Assembly: GCA_963711835.1 (NCBI GenBank)
Contig: CAVQFQ010000008.1
Span: 32,001-96,000, forward strand
DNA from: an uncultured delta proteobacterium
GTDB lineage: Bacteria; Desulfobacterota; RBG-13-43-22
Direction of reading: 5' to 3'
Length of the DNA stretch: 64,000 nucleotides
Shown: piece after piece, positions 18,864 through 28,371 of the stretch
How positions within the stretch are numbered: the stretch's first letter is position 1
Layout: each line of letters starts with the position of its first letter
Program-made: the position numbers and the translations under genes
The notes under the pieces: generated by a model
Told to the model about the DNA's origin: nothing
Databases searched by the model: none
Seen by the model: only the letters and a program-made list of their open reading frames with translations

Positions 18864-19018
18864 TAAGGCAATTATTAATAATTACTAAGAGTTCCTGTAG
18901 AATCAGCCCCCGAGGCATTAAGGGTCCCGAGGCTGGAATAGTTAAAGAATTTTTTTTAGGGAATCGGGGCCTTCCTGGAGAGAAGTCAGCCCACTTTTAA
19001 AGCGTGGAGACATGAGGA

Positions 19019-20071
19019 ATGCGGTTTTCCGGGAATCATAGTTTAGTCGGAATCGATATCGGGTCTCATTCCATAAAGGTTTGTCAGGCTGAAAAAAAAC
19101 TCAAGCGCTTTGAGTTAAAAAACTTCGGCTTGGCCAACCTGCCGCCCTCGGCCATTGTCCACGGAGCAATCAAAGAACCTTCCCTCATTGCCGGCGCCTT
19201 ACAAACCCTCTTAGCCCATCTCAATCTCAAGGATCAAAAAGCGATTTTTGCGGTTTCCGGCCACTCGGTCATCGTCAAACGAATCACCTTTCCGGCTCTT
19301 AGTGAAAAGGAATTAATCCAAACCATTCCTTATGAGGCCAAGCAATATATCCCCTTTGACATCAACGAAGTGAATCTCGATTTTCAGGTTCTGGGTCCCT
19401 TGCCGGAGGACCCGGATTCGCTGTCGGTTCTCTTAGTGGCCGCCAAGAAAGAAGTGATGGCCGAATATATCGACGTCCTCCAACTCAGCGGCCTGGAGGC
19501 CGCGATTGGAGATGTGGCGGCCTTTGCCCTGGCCAATGCCTACGAATTAAATTACGGCTTGGAGGCCGATCCGGTGGCCTTGGTTGATCTCGGTGCCAGC
19601 CAGACCACCCTGGTGGTCATTAACCAGGATGGACCGATTTATACCCGGGACTTCTTTTTGGGAGGAAAACAACTGACCGAACAGATCCAGTCTTTGGGAA
19701 ATCTTTCTTTCGAAGAAGCCGAGAAATTAAAATTGCACTGGGACCGCACGCCGGACCATCTCGATCAACTGGCCCCCTCCTTCCTGGGGGTTATTCAGGC
19801 CTGGGTTCAGGAAATCAAGCGCGCTCTGGACTTCCTGGTTACCTCCCAACCGGAAAGCCGACCGCTAAAAATGGTCCTTTCCGGAGGTTCTTCCTTGATC
19901 CCGGGATTTCCCAAATACCTCTCCGAGGCGGTCCAACTGCCGACCGAACTTTTCCAGCCCTTCCATCAGGTCCACTGTGATCCGGAGGTCTTCAATCCGG
20001 ATTACCTTAAAGCCGTCGGGCCCCAGGCGGCCATCGCCTTGGGGTTGGCCTTGCGGGAGTCGGGGGACTAA
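19019..20071 (+). CDS. pilM: Type IV pilus assembly protein PilM
   Basis: VGIDIGSHSIK, EAKQYIPF, LLVAAKK, LVDLGA, LSGGSS, ALGLALR. Confidence 0.95.
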   Translation: MRFSGNHSLVGIDIGSHSIKVCQAEKKLKRFELKNFGLANLPPSAIVHGAIKEPSLIAGALQTLLAHLNLKDQKAIFAVSGHSVIVKRITFPALSEKELIQTIPYEAKQYIPFDINEVNLDFQVLGPLPEDPDSLSVLLVAAKKEVMAEYIDVLQLSGLEAAIGDVAAFALANAYELNYGLEADPVALVDLGASQTTLVVINQDGPIYTRDFFLGGKQLTEQIQSLGNLSFEEAEKLKLHWDRTPDHLDQLAPSFLGVIQAWVQEIKRALDFLVTSQPESRPLKMVLSGGSSLIPGFPKYLSEAVQLPTELFQPFHQVHCDPEVFNPDYLKAVGPQAAIALGLALRESGD

Positions 20072-20640
20072 TGATCCGGATCAACCTCCTGGGGGATCAT
20101 AAAGTCCGCGGAAGCGGAGAAAACCGTTGGCTGCTGAAAGGGTTTTCTCTGGCCCTGGTCCTGGTCCTTTTCGCCGGTCTGCTGGTTTATTGGCTCCTGG
20201 GCCTCCAGGTCAACCGGTTGAAAAAGGAAAAAACGGCCTTGCAGAGACAAGCCCAGGCCTATCCCGTGCTCCTGCAGGAAATCAAAGAACTCAAGGAAAA
20301 GAAAGAAATTGCCCGGAAACGCTTAACCCTTCTCCAAACCCTGGAAAAAGAGCGCCATGGACCGGTCCAGCTTATGGAGCAGCTCTCGGTTCTATTGCCG
20401 GTCAATCAGCTCTGGATTACCACTTTAAAGGAAACCGGCCCGGAGCTACGTCTGGATGGAATGGCTTTGAGCAATGAAGTGCTGGCGGAATACCTGAAAC
20501 GGCTGGAATCGATTCCTCTGATCCACCAGGTGGATCTGGTTCAAAGCAATCAAGTTACTTACAAAGACTTAAAGGTAAAGCAATTCAGCATCACGGCCTG
20601 GTTGAAGCCGCCGGATAAAACCCCGGAGGGTCCGAAGTGA
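20071..20640 (+). CDS. pilN: Type IV pilus assembly protein PilN
   Basis: MIRINLL motif, TM helix, coiled coil; operon position. Confidence 0.93.
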   Translation: MIRINLLGDHKVRGSGENRWLLKGFSLALVLVLFAGLLVYWLLGLQVNRLKKEKTALQRQAQAYPVLLQEIKELKEKKEIARKRLTLLQTLEKERHGPVQLMEQLSVLLPVNQLWITTLKETGPELRLDGMALSNEVLAEYLKRLESIPLIHQVDLVQSNQVTYKDLKVKQFSITAWLKPPDKTPEGPK

Positions 20641-21251
20641 GCCCCAGGGATCTTTTCCAAAACATGAGCGAACGCTTTCAGCTTTTACCTTTGTCACAGC
20701 GGGTTTTAGCCGGGGTGGTCCCCCTGATAGTGGTGGCGGTTCTCCTGGGTTATTTTTTAATCGCCCCCCTTTGGCAGAAGAGGGGTAATTTGCTGGATGA
20801 AATTGCCCAGGAAAAAATTCGTCTGGAACAAATCCGCCGGGCCCAAGCCGAAATAGAACAATTTAAACTGGAATTGGTTGAAATTGAGATGCGCTTCAAG
20901 CAGGTCCTGGCTATGCTGCCGGAAGCCCGTGAACTCCCCAACCTCCTAAAACATGTGGCTGAACTGGCCCACCAGCAAAATCTTGAATTTCTTCTCTTCA
21001 AACCGGACAAGGAGATCCCTAAAGACTTTGTGGCTGAAATCCCGATTCTGGTCCAGCTTAAAGGCCCGTATCACCAAATCGCCCTCTTTTTCGACCAGAT
21101 CCGGCGGCTGCCCCGAATCATCAATGCCCAGCAATTGGACCTGGGGTCTTATGACGAAAAAACGGCTTCCGTTTCGGCCCGCTGTCAACTGGTAACCTAT
21201 CGTTTTTTATCAACCCCGATTCCCCCGCCCAAAGGGGAGAAAAAAAAGTAA
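20637..21251 (+). CDS. pilO: Type IV pilus assembly protein PilO
   Basis: LPEARELPNLL, GPYHQIALFFD, LPRII; operon position. Confidence 0.93.
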   Translation: MSPRDLFQNMSERFQLLPLSQRVLAGVVPLIVVAVLLGYFLIAPLWQKRGNLLDEIAQEKIRLEQIRRAQAEIEQFKLELVEIEMRFKQVLAMLPEARELPNLLKHVAELAHQQNLEFLLFKPDKEIPKDFVAEIPILVQLKGPYHQIALFFDQIRRLPRIINAQQLDLGSYDEKTASVSARCQLVTYRFLSTPIPPPKGEKKK

Positions 21252-21797
21252 GTGCGGAACAGGATCTTCTTTTGTTTATCTTTGTTAGGCTGGGCCCTGC
21301 TCAGTTGTGGGGGGCCTTCACCGGAGGGAAAGCTCGCTGCTAAAGCAAGAGCGCTCCCTGCTCTTCAAGGCCCCTTGCCGGCCCAGGGAAGACCCATGGT
21401 CAACCCTTTGCCTCAGCCGAAGGCCGTCACGGCCCTTCCGGAAAAGGAGGCACCTGCCTACATCGTTGAGGGAAAACCCGACCCCTTTAAACCCTTGAAC
21501 CTCGAGTGGGAATCGCTCGAAAAACAGAAGCTGGCCAAGGTGTTGCCTTTACAGCGTTTTGAATTGAGCGAGTTTGAGTTGGTCGGGATCCTTTCAACTT
21601 CGGGGACGAGAAAGGCCTTGGTCCAGGACCTGACCGGGAAGGGGTATCTGATCCAGGTGGGTACCAAGATCGGAAAAAAAGGGGGACGGCTCAGCAAAAT
21701 CTTATCGCAGGAGGTCCTGGTGGAAGAACCTTATCAGGACTATCTGGGACGCGCCAAGATCCGAAAGGTGACTTTAAAGCTTCCTCAGCCCAATTAA
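21252..21797 (+). CDS. pilP: Type IV pilus lipoprotein PilP
   Basis: Lipobox LLSC, PDPFKP, PLQRFELSE, GKGY..GTKIG. Confidence 0.9.
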   Translation: MRNRIFFCLSLLGWALLSCGGPSPEGKLAAKARALPALQGPLPAQGRPMVNPLPQPKAVTALPEKEAPAYIVEGKPDPFKPLNLEWESLEKQKLAKVLPLQRFELSEFELVGILSTSGTRKALVQDLTGKGYLIQVGTKIGKKGGRLSKILSQEVLVEEPYQDYLGRAKIRKVTLKLPQPN

Positions 21798-21827
21798 CCG
21801 GTTATCAGGAAAGCGTAGAGAGGAAAG

Positions 21828-23789
21828 ATGTCAAAAAACCATAGACGGACTATCTGTTTCGTATTGGGGATAATGCTCACCTGCTGGGGGGGATGGGTTC
21901 AAGTACCCCCGGGATGGACCAAGGACGGAGCCCCGCTGCCGGCCCGACTGCTCCAGATTAAAGAACAACTGCTTCCGGATTCCGCCCGGGTGATCTTGAC
22001 CTTCAGCCGGCCGGTGGCTCCCAAGGTTTTTTCCCTTTCCGATCCGGGGCGATTGGTCATCGACCTCAGCCCCTGCACCCTGGCCTTAACCCAGACTCCG
22101 GAACTCTCGGATCCCCTTTTCAAGGGCTGGCGCTACGCCCAGTTTAAAAAAAATACGGTTCGGATCGTCTTCCCCTCCTTATCTCAAACCCCCTATAAAC
22201 TTTCCAAGGAAGGGGCTGAGGCCTTCCGACTCCTGGTGGATTTCCCCAGGAAAGAAAAACCGCTTGGCCCTCCAATTTCCTCCCCGCTCAAACCGGATAG
22301 CCCCAAGGTGCAAAGCCTGACGGAATTCAAGACCGAACAGGCCTTGGCTGAAAAGATGAAACCCCTGCCTCCCCAACCCCAGCGCATCACCTTCGATTTT
22401 TACAATGCCGATATCCATAACGTGTTTCGGGTCATCGGCGAAGTGGGCCGGGTCAATATTATTGTAGGCGACGACGTCAAAGGCAAAGTGACCATGAGCT
22501 TCAGGGAACACCCCTGGGATCAGGCCTTGGAGATTTTGACGGCTAATTTTAATCTCCACCAGGAACGTTTCGGCAATAACATTTTGCTTTCCAGCAGCGA
22601 AAATTACCTTAAAAAATTGCAGGCCCAGATCAAAGAAGAGATGGATAAGGAGAAACTAAAACAGGAAAAAGCAAAAACAAAACGTGAGGAACGTAAGAAC
22701 GATGAATTTAAAGAAAAATTCACAAAAAAATATCAGATCCGCTATGTGGACGTTCACTATGTTTATGAGCAGATCAAAGCCCATTACGGACTTGAGAAAA
22801 AAACCAGATCAGCTTCCGGAATGGATTCAAGTAAGGCAACCTCTTTCGAAAAATCGGAGGAGACCACCAGCAAATCGATGGTCATCCCCGGCAGCGAAGC
22901 CACGATAACCCCTATTTTACATACCAACATCCTAATGGTCAGGGGCACTCAAGAAGAAATCACCTACATGGATGAGTTGGTTGATTCCTTTGATCAACCG
23001 GTCTCCCAGGTTATGATCGAGGCCCGTATTGTTGAGGCGGATGCCAATTTTACCCGGGATATAGGTCTCCGCTGGGGAGGTTCCTACGGTTACGGGGTCC
23101 CCAATGCCCCCTTCGGAGGCACCATTCGGGGAGGGGATACCGGGGCCACCTCAACCAACCCTAACAATAACTATGCCGTCAATCTGCCTCTCAGCAATAT
23201 TATCGCCCCTTCCGGTTTTGGCGGGTTAGGGTTTTCCTTTGCCAGTGCCAATTTTAATTTGGATGTGCGTCTCCAGGCTATGGAGCAGCAAGGTAGGGGT
23301 AAAACCATTTCTTCACCGAAGATCCTGACCATCTTCGGCAAAGAGGCCGAGATAACCCAAGGCTCGGAAATACCGGTAACCACCCGGGATCAAAACAATG
23401 CCTTTTCCACCATATACAAAGATGCGGCCTTAAAATTAATTGTAACCCCTCATATTGCCGGCACCAGAAAAATGAGGATTGATTTGGACATTTCCAATGA
23501 CTCACCGGATTTTACCCATACCGACTCCCTGGGGAATCCCACCGTTAACAAGAAAAAGGCCAAGACCAATATGATCGTCAATGACGGCGAAACGATCGTT
23601 ATCGGGGGAATTATTTCCAAGAAGGAAGGTGCCCAGGAAAATCGGGTACCGGGTCTGGCGGATATACCTATTTTAGGCTGGCTTTTTAAGACAAAAAACC
23701 GATCCTATCAGGATACGGAATTATTGATATTCTTGACCCCCCGGCTTGTGCAAGCTTCGGACGTTGGAAGGAAAACCTCTGAAAGATAA
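21828..23789 (+). CDS. pilQ: Type IV pilus secretin PilQ with AMIN domain
   Basis: AMIN (PGRLVIDL), ITFDFYNADI, PWDQAL, QVMIEARIVE, GETIVIGG, VPGLADIPILGWLFK, ELLIFLTPR. Confidence 0.95.
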   Translation: MSKNHRRTICFVLGIMLTCWGGWVQVPPGWTKDGAPLPARLLQIKEQLLPDSARVILTFSRPVAPKVFSLSDPGRLVIDLSPCTLALTQTPELSDPLFKGWRYAQFKKNTVRIVFPSLSQTPYKLSKEGAEAFRLLVDFPRKEKPLGPPISSPLKPDSPKVQSLTEFKTEQALAEKMKPLPPQPQRITFDFYNADIHNVFRVIGEVGRVNIIVGDDVKGKVTMSFREHPWDQALEILTANFNLHQERFGNNILLSSSENYLKKLQAQIKEEMDKEKLKQEKAKTKREERKNDEFKEKFTKKYQIRYVDVHYVYEQIKAHYGLEKKTRSASGMDSSKATSFEKSEETTSKSMVIPGSEATITPILHTNILMVRGTQEEITYMDELVDSFDQPVSQVMIEARIVEADANFTRDIGLRWGGSYGYGVPNAPFGGTIRGGDTGATSTNPNNNYAVNLPLSNIIAPSGFGGLGFSFASANFNLDVRLQAMEQQGRGKTISSPKILTIFGKEAEITQGSEIPVTTRDQNNAFSTIYKDAALKLIVTPHIAGTRKMRIDLDISNDSPDFTHTDSLGNPTVNKKKAKTNMIVNDGETIVIGGIISKKEGAQENRVPGLADIPILGWLFKTKNRSYQDTELLIFLTPRLVQASDVGRKTSER

Positions 23790-23794
23790 GACGG

Positions 23795-24913
23795 TTAAAA
23801 AGGCAGGAGGGTATTGCTGGCGTCTGCGATATACCTGACTTGAAGAGCCGCTTCCTTTCGTTCATTGGTTATTACGGAAAAATACAGATAATAGGTGGTG
23901 TCTTCCCGGACCTGAAAAGACCGGGTGAAGGTTTTATAACGACCGTTTAGCGACAAACTGACCACCAGGGAATGATCTCCGGGAGCCAGATCTTTGTCGA
24001 ACCAGATTTGGCCGGCCTTAAAGCCGCTCAGAACATCGTGATACAATCTTTTCCGGGAATCCTCCCAGTCTTCGGCTTTCAGGATTTTTATTTCCTTTTC
24101 GTCCAGCCACAAAGCAAGATCATTCACCGAGTGCAGCTTCCAGAATTCTTTTTGGAAAAAATCCTTTCCTTTGGCCGGAAAGGATCCCGTTAAGAAATTT
24201 TCCTCCCTTTCCCGCCCTTTAGACCCGGCCAGTTCCAAATGGGAAAGGATGATCAGGCGGCTGAGTTTTCGTTTCGGTTTTTCCAAAACAGTCAAGGCCT
24301 GTTGCATCTCTTCCGCGGTCAACTGAGGGCTCAGGAAGGTCAGGGAAGTATAATTCAGGCGGTTTAATTCCCCCTCAACGGCACTGATCCGTTTAAAAAG
24401 AGGGATCAGATCAACCCGGACGGTTAATCTGGAATCCTCCTGTTTTAAAATTTGACCCGTGATCAGAATATCAACCGGGCTTCGAGAAAAAGTCGGGGAG
24501 TCCTGCAAGGCCCGTTGGACGCCTGTTTTGACTTGGGGGTCTTTTTGAAGATAAGACTGGATGGTTATCCCAACAGGGTCTTCTGCTCCGTAAATAAAAA
24601 ACTGCCTTTCCTGGCCCCCTTTTAATCTTAAAAAATCAGCCAAGGCCCGGCCGAAACGAATCTCTTTACCGGTTGCATCTTGAAAATCAAAGATAACCAT
24701 TCTGACCACCGGTCTCTGGTAATAATCGAAGCCCAGATCGGCGGCTTGTTTGGAAACTTTTTGAAAGACATCCTGAAAGAAGGCTGATGGGGGAGAAGCG
24801 GCCTCCGCCGGCGAAAGGCAACCCCATCCCAACCATAGGGCGGCAAGAAAGAACGCCGCCGAAAGAACCGTAGCTTTAGCACTTCTGGTAACTCTTTTCA
24901 TGGCCGACACCAC
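23795..24913 (-). CDS. Exported hypothetical protein, possible FlgO/TolB-N-like alpha/beta domain
   Basis: 372-aa ORF with signal peptide (AEA); pattern MVIFDF..G..LAD.L...VDILITGQI...LTVRVDLI. Confidence 0.6.
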   Translation of the reverse strand: MVSAMKRVTRSAKATVLSAAFFLAALWLGWGCLSPAEAASPPSAFFQDVFQKVSKQAADLGFDYYQRPVVRMVIFDFQDATGKEIRFGRALADFLRLKGGQERQFFIYGAEDPVGITIQSYLQKDPQVKTGVQRALQDSPTFSRSPVDILITGQILKQEDSRLTVRVDLIPLFKRISAVEGELNRLNYTSLTFLSPQLTAEEMQQALTVLEKPKRKLSRLIILSHLELAGSKGREREENFLTGSFPAKGKDFFQKEFWKLHSVNDLALWLDEKEIKILKAEDWEDSRKRLYHDVLSGFKAGQIWFDKDLAPGDHSLVVSLSLNGRYKTFTRSFQVREDTTYYLYFSVITNERKEAALQVRYIADASNTLLPF

Positions 24914-24991
24914 CTATTGGTAAAATAAATACTGTCCGTCCTGGGGCCGTCTTGGCCGCGGCCCCGAGCGAAATCCGGGGGCCAGGCGAGG

Positions 24992-25384
24992 TTAGCGGTT
25001 CGTTCTGGGGAGATAGACCTTATCCCCCACCGCCACCTCGTTGACGCTGGAATCAATGATACCAAGCACTAATCGGTCGTTGATGATTTGGAGAATGGTA
25101 GCCTCTCCAATTCTTTGGTATAGGGAGGCTTTCGAGCCGATCAGGCTTTCTTGATAAATTTCAAAGGGGTCTCCAATTTTCATAGTTTGGCTCTTTTCTA
25201 AAAGAACGCTGATTTTATCCCCGGATGAAAGGGCCAGTTTCCCCTGTTGCACAGGGCTGACAATAGTGCCCTGCAACTCCGTTGCCTCTCGGAATTCTTT
25301 ATTTTCCTGGCTCATCAGAGATGAAAAACATACAAGATTCATTGCCCAAGATAAAAGAAACAGGACCATCCATCTGGTTTTCAT
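24992..25384 (-). CDS. Exported hypothetical protein, FlgT-C/TsaP C-terminal-like beta domain
   Basis: Signal peptide from MKTRW; GTIV...SGDKI...KIGDPFEIY...IGEATIL...EVAVGDKV. Confidence 0.6.
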   Translation of the reverse strand: MKTRWMVLFLLSWAMNLVCFSSLMSQENKEFREATELQGTIVSPVQQGKLALSSGDKISVLLEKSQTMKIGDPFEIYQESLIGSKASLYQRIGEATILQIINDRLVLGIIDSSVNEVAVGDKVYLPRTNR

Positions 25385-25469
25385 CGTTCCCCTCTGCCTT
25401 CCGATCATTTTTTTAAGGCCAGTGCTTACGGAACATTTGCCCAAATTCTGTTTTCATTATAGCAAAGAA

Positions 25470-26123
25470 TCAGGAAAGGTCTAATTGTTTTTCCAGATGC
25501 CCCTGCAGTTCCTTAAATCCCCGGACATGACGGGTGGCCTCTAATTCCGGGTTTTTAAAAGCGATCAGGGGAACACCGGCCCGCCGGGCCGTTTCGGCAT
25601 CGACTTCTGAATCCCCGACATAGAAACAGGCCTCCGCTTTTACCTGAAAGTGGGACAAAATTTTATAAAGCGATTCGGGATCCGGTTTCGGTCGGCTGAC
25701 ATCCAGGGCGCTGACTACGAGATCAAAATACCCTTCCAGACAAAACTGCTTGAGGACCTGGTGGATAGTCGTGGTCCGGTTGGTGTTAATGGCCGTCTTG
25801 ATCCTGGGCCTGATATAAGTTAGAAACGGGATCAGGTCCGCTTCCATTTCCATGGCCCGGATAAAGGGGGTATAATCCAATTCCTGCCGGAAGCGGTGGG
25901 CCTCTTCCCGGAGGGAATCCTCCGGAAAAAGATGGTCGATGCAGGCCATCACCGTGTGGGTATGAACAAAGTCGAGGTTTTTCTCGTCCAGTGGGGGTTT
26001 TCCAAACCGGGACAAGAGGTGGTTGTAAAAGATCTGGTTAGCCCGGCGGGAATCGAAAAGGACCCCATCACAATCAAAGATGATGAGCAGCGGTTTGATA
26101 AAGGAATTGCGGGGCTTTTCCAT
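25470..26123 (-). CDS. HAD-family hydrolase (phosphoglycolate phosphatase-like)
   Basis: FDCDGVLFDS, TNR, KPDPE, YVGDSEVD; ATG 26123 preferred as start. Confidence 0.9.
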   Translation of the reverse strand: MEKPRNSFIKPLLIIFDCDGVLFDSRRANQIFYNHLLSRFGKPPLDEKNLDFVHTHTVMACIDHLFPEDSLREEAHRFRQELDYTPFIRAMEMEADLIPFLTYIRPRIKTAINTNRTTTIHQVLKQFCLEGYFDLVVSALDVSRPKPDPESLYKILSHFQVKAEACFYVGDSEVDAETARRAGVPLIAFKNPELEATRHVRGFKELQGHLEKQLDLS

Positions 26124-26304
26124 ACAGGACAATTCGGACCTGGGGTTGGAGGGGGTCATTAGTGATTAGGGTCAACTCCCGCTCAAAGGCGCCGTTTAAG
26201 CGGTTGGGATCTAACTGGATCAGGATTTCCCCCTTTTCACCGGGTTTAATGTACGGATCCCACCGTACCAGGTTGACGCCTCAGGCATACTGGATTTGGC
26301 CGGG
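26074..26304 (-). other. Unannotated DUF1573-like (Ig-fold) reading frame with in-frame TGA and SECIS-like hairpin; selenoprotein remnant or small gene
   Basis: PGQIQYA-TGA-GVNLVRWDPYIKPGEKGEILIQLDPNRLNGAFERELTLITNDPLQPQVRIVLYGK; hairpin GTACGG-TGGGAT-CCGTAC starting 13 nt after the TGA. Confidence 0.55.
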
Positions 26305-27549
26305 TTAATTCAGTTCCTTCTCCTGAGGAAAAACCGGCAAGTAGCGATAGGATAAAGAGATGATCAGGGCCCCGTAGGCCAGGATGGCAAAGGTCGGGGC
26401 CCACTCCTGCCAGGTCGGCCAATAGGTCGCAAAGCGATCAAAGGGCATAACCGGTATGGCCAACGTTACTATGGTAAAGACAAATCGGTTAAAGACAATA
26501 CCGGTACAATCCAGCAGACAGGCAAAGGCCAGCCAGCCGGGGCTCAGGCGCACCTTCTTACTCAGCAGCAGGAAGGCCGGAAGAATTCCAAACACCCCCA
26601 GTTCCGCGACCACCAGCCAGAACCCGTAAGGGCTCCGGTACTGATCCATAAAACGAAGCCCTCGGGAGGGAAGGAGAGAGGCTCCCCAGTAAATGGTATC
26701 GATAAATTTCAGGATAAGATAGACTACCAACAATCCGCCGGCGATTTTACCCAGCAGGGCCAGGACTTCCTGTTTGACTAATTTCTTTCCGCTGACTTTT
26801 TCCAGGATGGAGGTAATCAGGACCGTAAAAGCCGGGCCGGAGGCAATGGCCGAGGCAATGAAAAGAAAAAAAGTCCAGGGCCAGATAAAAAACCCGGTCC
26901 GGTAAGCGAAAGGACGGGCGAACATAACCCCGTACATACCGCCCAGGGACCCCTGATGGAAAAAGGACAGGAAGGTCCCCGTCCCGGCGAAGATGAACAT
27001 CAGGTGATGCAGGTTATGGGCGAAATAGTGGGCCCCGGGATTGGTGTTGATTTTCCTGTTTTCCAGGACCAGGGGGGCATATTCGATGGTCAGGACGCCA
27101 AAGTAAAGGGTGATACAGAACATCACTTCGGTCAGCATAGAGTGGACGTTGGGATGCCAAAAACCGAACCAGGCCCGCAGCGGTTGGCCGATATCAATGG
27201 TCAGGATGAGGAGCGCTCCGCTGTAGCAGATGAACCCGATGATGACCGCAAAGTTGATAATGGCTTTTAACTCTTTCTTACCCCAGATATAGGTCAAAAA
27301 ACCGGTAAAAAACGCCCCGGCACCCAGGGCAATAATAGCCAGGTCAAAAGTGATCCAGAGGGCAAACCCGAAATGATCGTTCATATTGGTCTGATTCAGG
27401 CCTTTCCAGAGGACCAGGCCGGCCCCGGCCAACCCCCAACCCAAGACCAGAAGTAAAAAGAATATCCATCCCGAAAATTTAAACAGGGAACATCGGGATA
27501 CCCCTTCCGGTATAATGGCACTGTCCTGCGGCATCACTGACTCGTTCAT
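26305..27549 (-). CDS. qrcD: Menaquinone reductase integral membrane subunit QrcD (NrfD/PsrC family)
   Basis: GLNQTNMNDHFGFALWITFDL, DIGQPLR, SFFHQGSLGG; cluster context. Confidence 0.92.
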   Translation of the reverse strand: MNESVMPQDSAIIPEGVSRCSLFKFSGWIFFLLLVLGWGLAGAGLVLWKGLNQTNMNDHFGFALWITFDLAIIALGAGAFFTGFLTYIWGKKELKAIINFAVIIGFICYSGALLILTIDIGQPLRAWFGFWHPNVHSMLTEVMFCITLYFGVLTIEYAPLVLENRKINTNPGAHYFAHNLHHLMFIFAGTGTFLSFFHQGSLGGMYGVMFARPFAYRTGFFIWPWTFFLFIASAIASGPAFTVLITSILEKVSGKKLVKQEVLALLGKIAGGLLVVYLILKFIDTIYWGASLLPSRGLRFMDQYRSPYGFWLVVAELGVFGILPAFLLLSKKVRLSPGWLAFACLLDCTGIVFNRFVFTIVTLAIPVMPFDRFATYWPTWQEWAPTFAILAYGALIISLSYRYLPVFPQEKELN

Positions 27550-27594
27550 AGCTTACCTCTTCCTCAACGGATGTTGGAAATCGATGACCTTCTT

Positions 27595-28362
27595 TTAGGA
27601 AACTTTTTTAAGGCCTTCCTTGGTTAAATAATTATCTCCTTGTTTACGGATCCAATCCTGGGTAGTCAGGTAATAGACCTTGGGCTGGGTTCCCAGTTTC
27701 TCCAGGAGTCTGAAAGCGGTTGGGCTTTTGCTTAGTTTGGCCACCTGAGTCTGGGGATCCCTGAGATTGCCGAAATGGATGGCTTTGGTCGGACAGGCCT
27801 CGGCGCAGGCGGTTATGTATTCCCCGTCTTTCAGATCACGCCGTTCCTCCGAGAAGGCCTTATCTTTGGCCCTTTGATAACGATGATTGCAGAAGGTGCA
27901 TTTATGGGCCACCCCGCGCATGGCCACCGAGACATCGGGACTTAAATAATTTTCCAGGCCCTTTGGGTAGACCGGATCCCACCAATGAAAGTAGCGGACA
28001 TGGTAAGGACAGGCGGCCACACAGTACCGGCAGCCGATGCACCGGGGGTAGATCTGGCTGACCACCCCTTTTTCGTCGATCTTGGTGGCATTGACCGGGC
28101 AGACCGAAACACAGGGGGTATGGTTCTGGCAATGCATGCAGGGCCGGGGCAAATAGGCAATCCGGGTCTTGGGAAAGGCCTGCCCGTTATTCAGGCGATA
28201 AAGCCGCATCCAGGTGCTGGCCCGGAGCCGGTCCGTCTCATCATCCCGAAAAGCCACATTGTTTTCAGCCATACAGGCCACGGCACAGGCCCCGCAACCG
28301 GTACATCGCTCCAGGTCGATCACCATGCCATACAATTCTTTTCCGACTGGTACCTCTTTCAT
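27595..28362 (-). CDS. qrcC: Menaquinone reductase Fe-S subunit QrcC
   Basis: CTGCGAC, CMHC...PCVSVCP, CIGCRYCVAACP, KCTFC...ACAEACP. Confidence 0.92.
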   Translation of the reverse strand: MKEVPVGKELYGMVIDLERCTGCGACAVACMAENNVAFRDDETDRLRASTWMRLYRLNNGQAFPKTRIAYLPRPCMHCQNHTPCVSVCPVNATKIDEKGVVSQIYPRCIGCRYCVAACPYHVRYFHWWDPVYPKGLENYLSPDVSVAMRGVAHKCTFCNHRYQRAKDKAFSEERRDLKDGEYITACAEACPTKAIHFGNLRDPQTQVAKLSKSPTAFRLLEKLGTQPKVYYLTTQDWIRKQGDNYLTKEGLKKVS

Positions 28363-28371
28363 TGGCTACCT

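Noticed and set aside
22600-22870. A-rich segment inside pilQ as a foreign insertion
   Set aside because: In frame and explained by a Lys/Glu-rich helical linker between secretin N-domains
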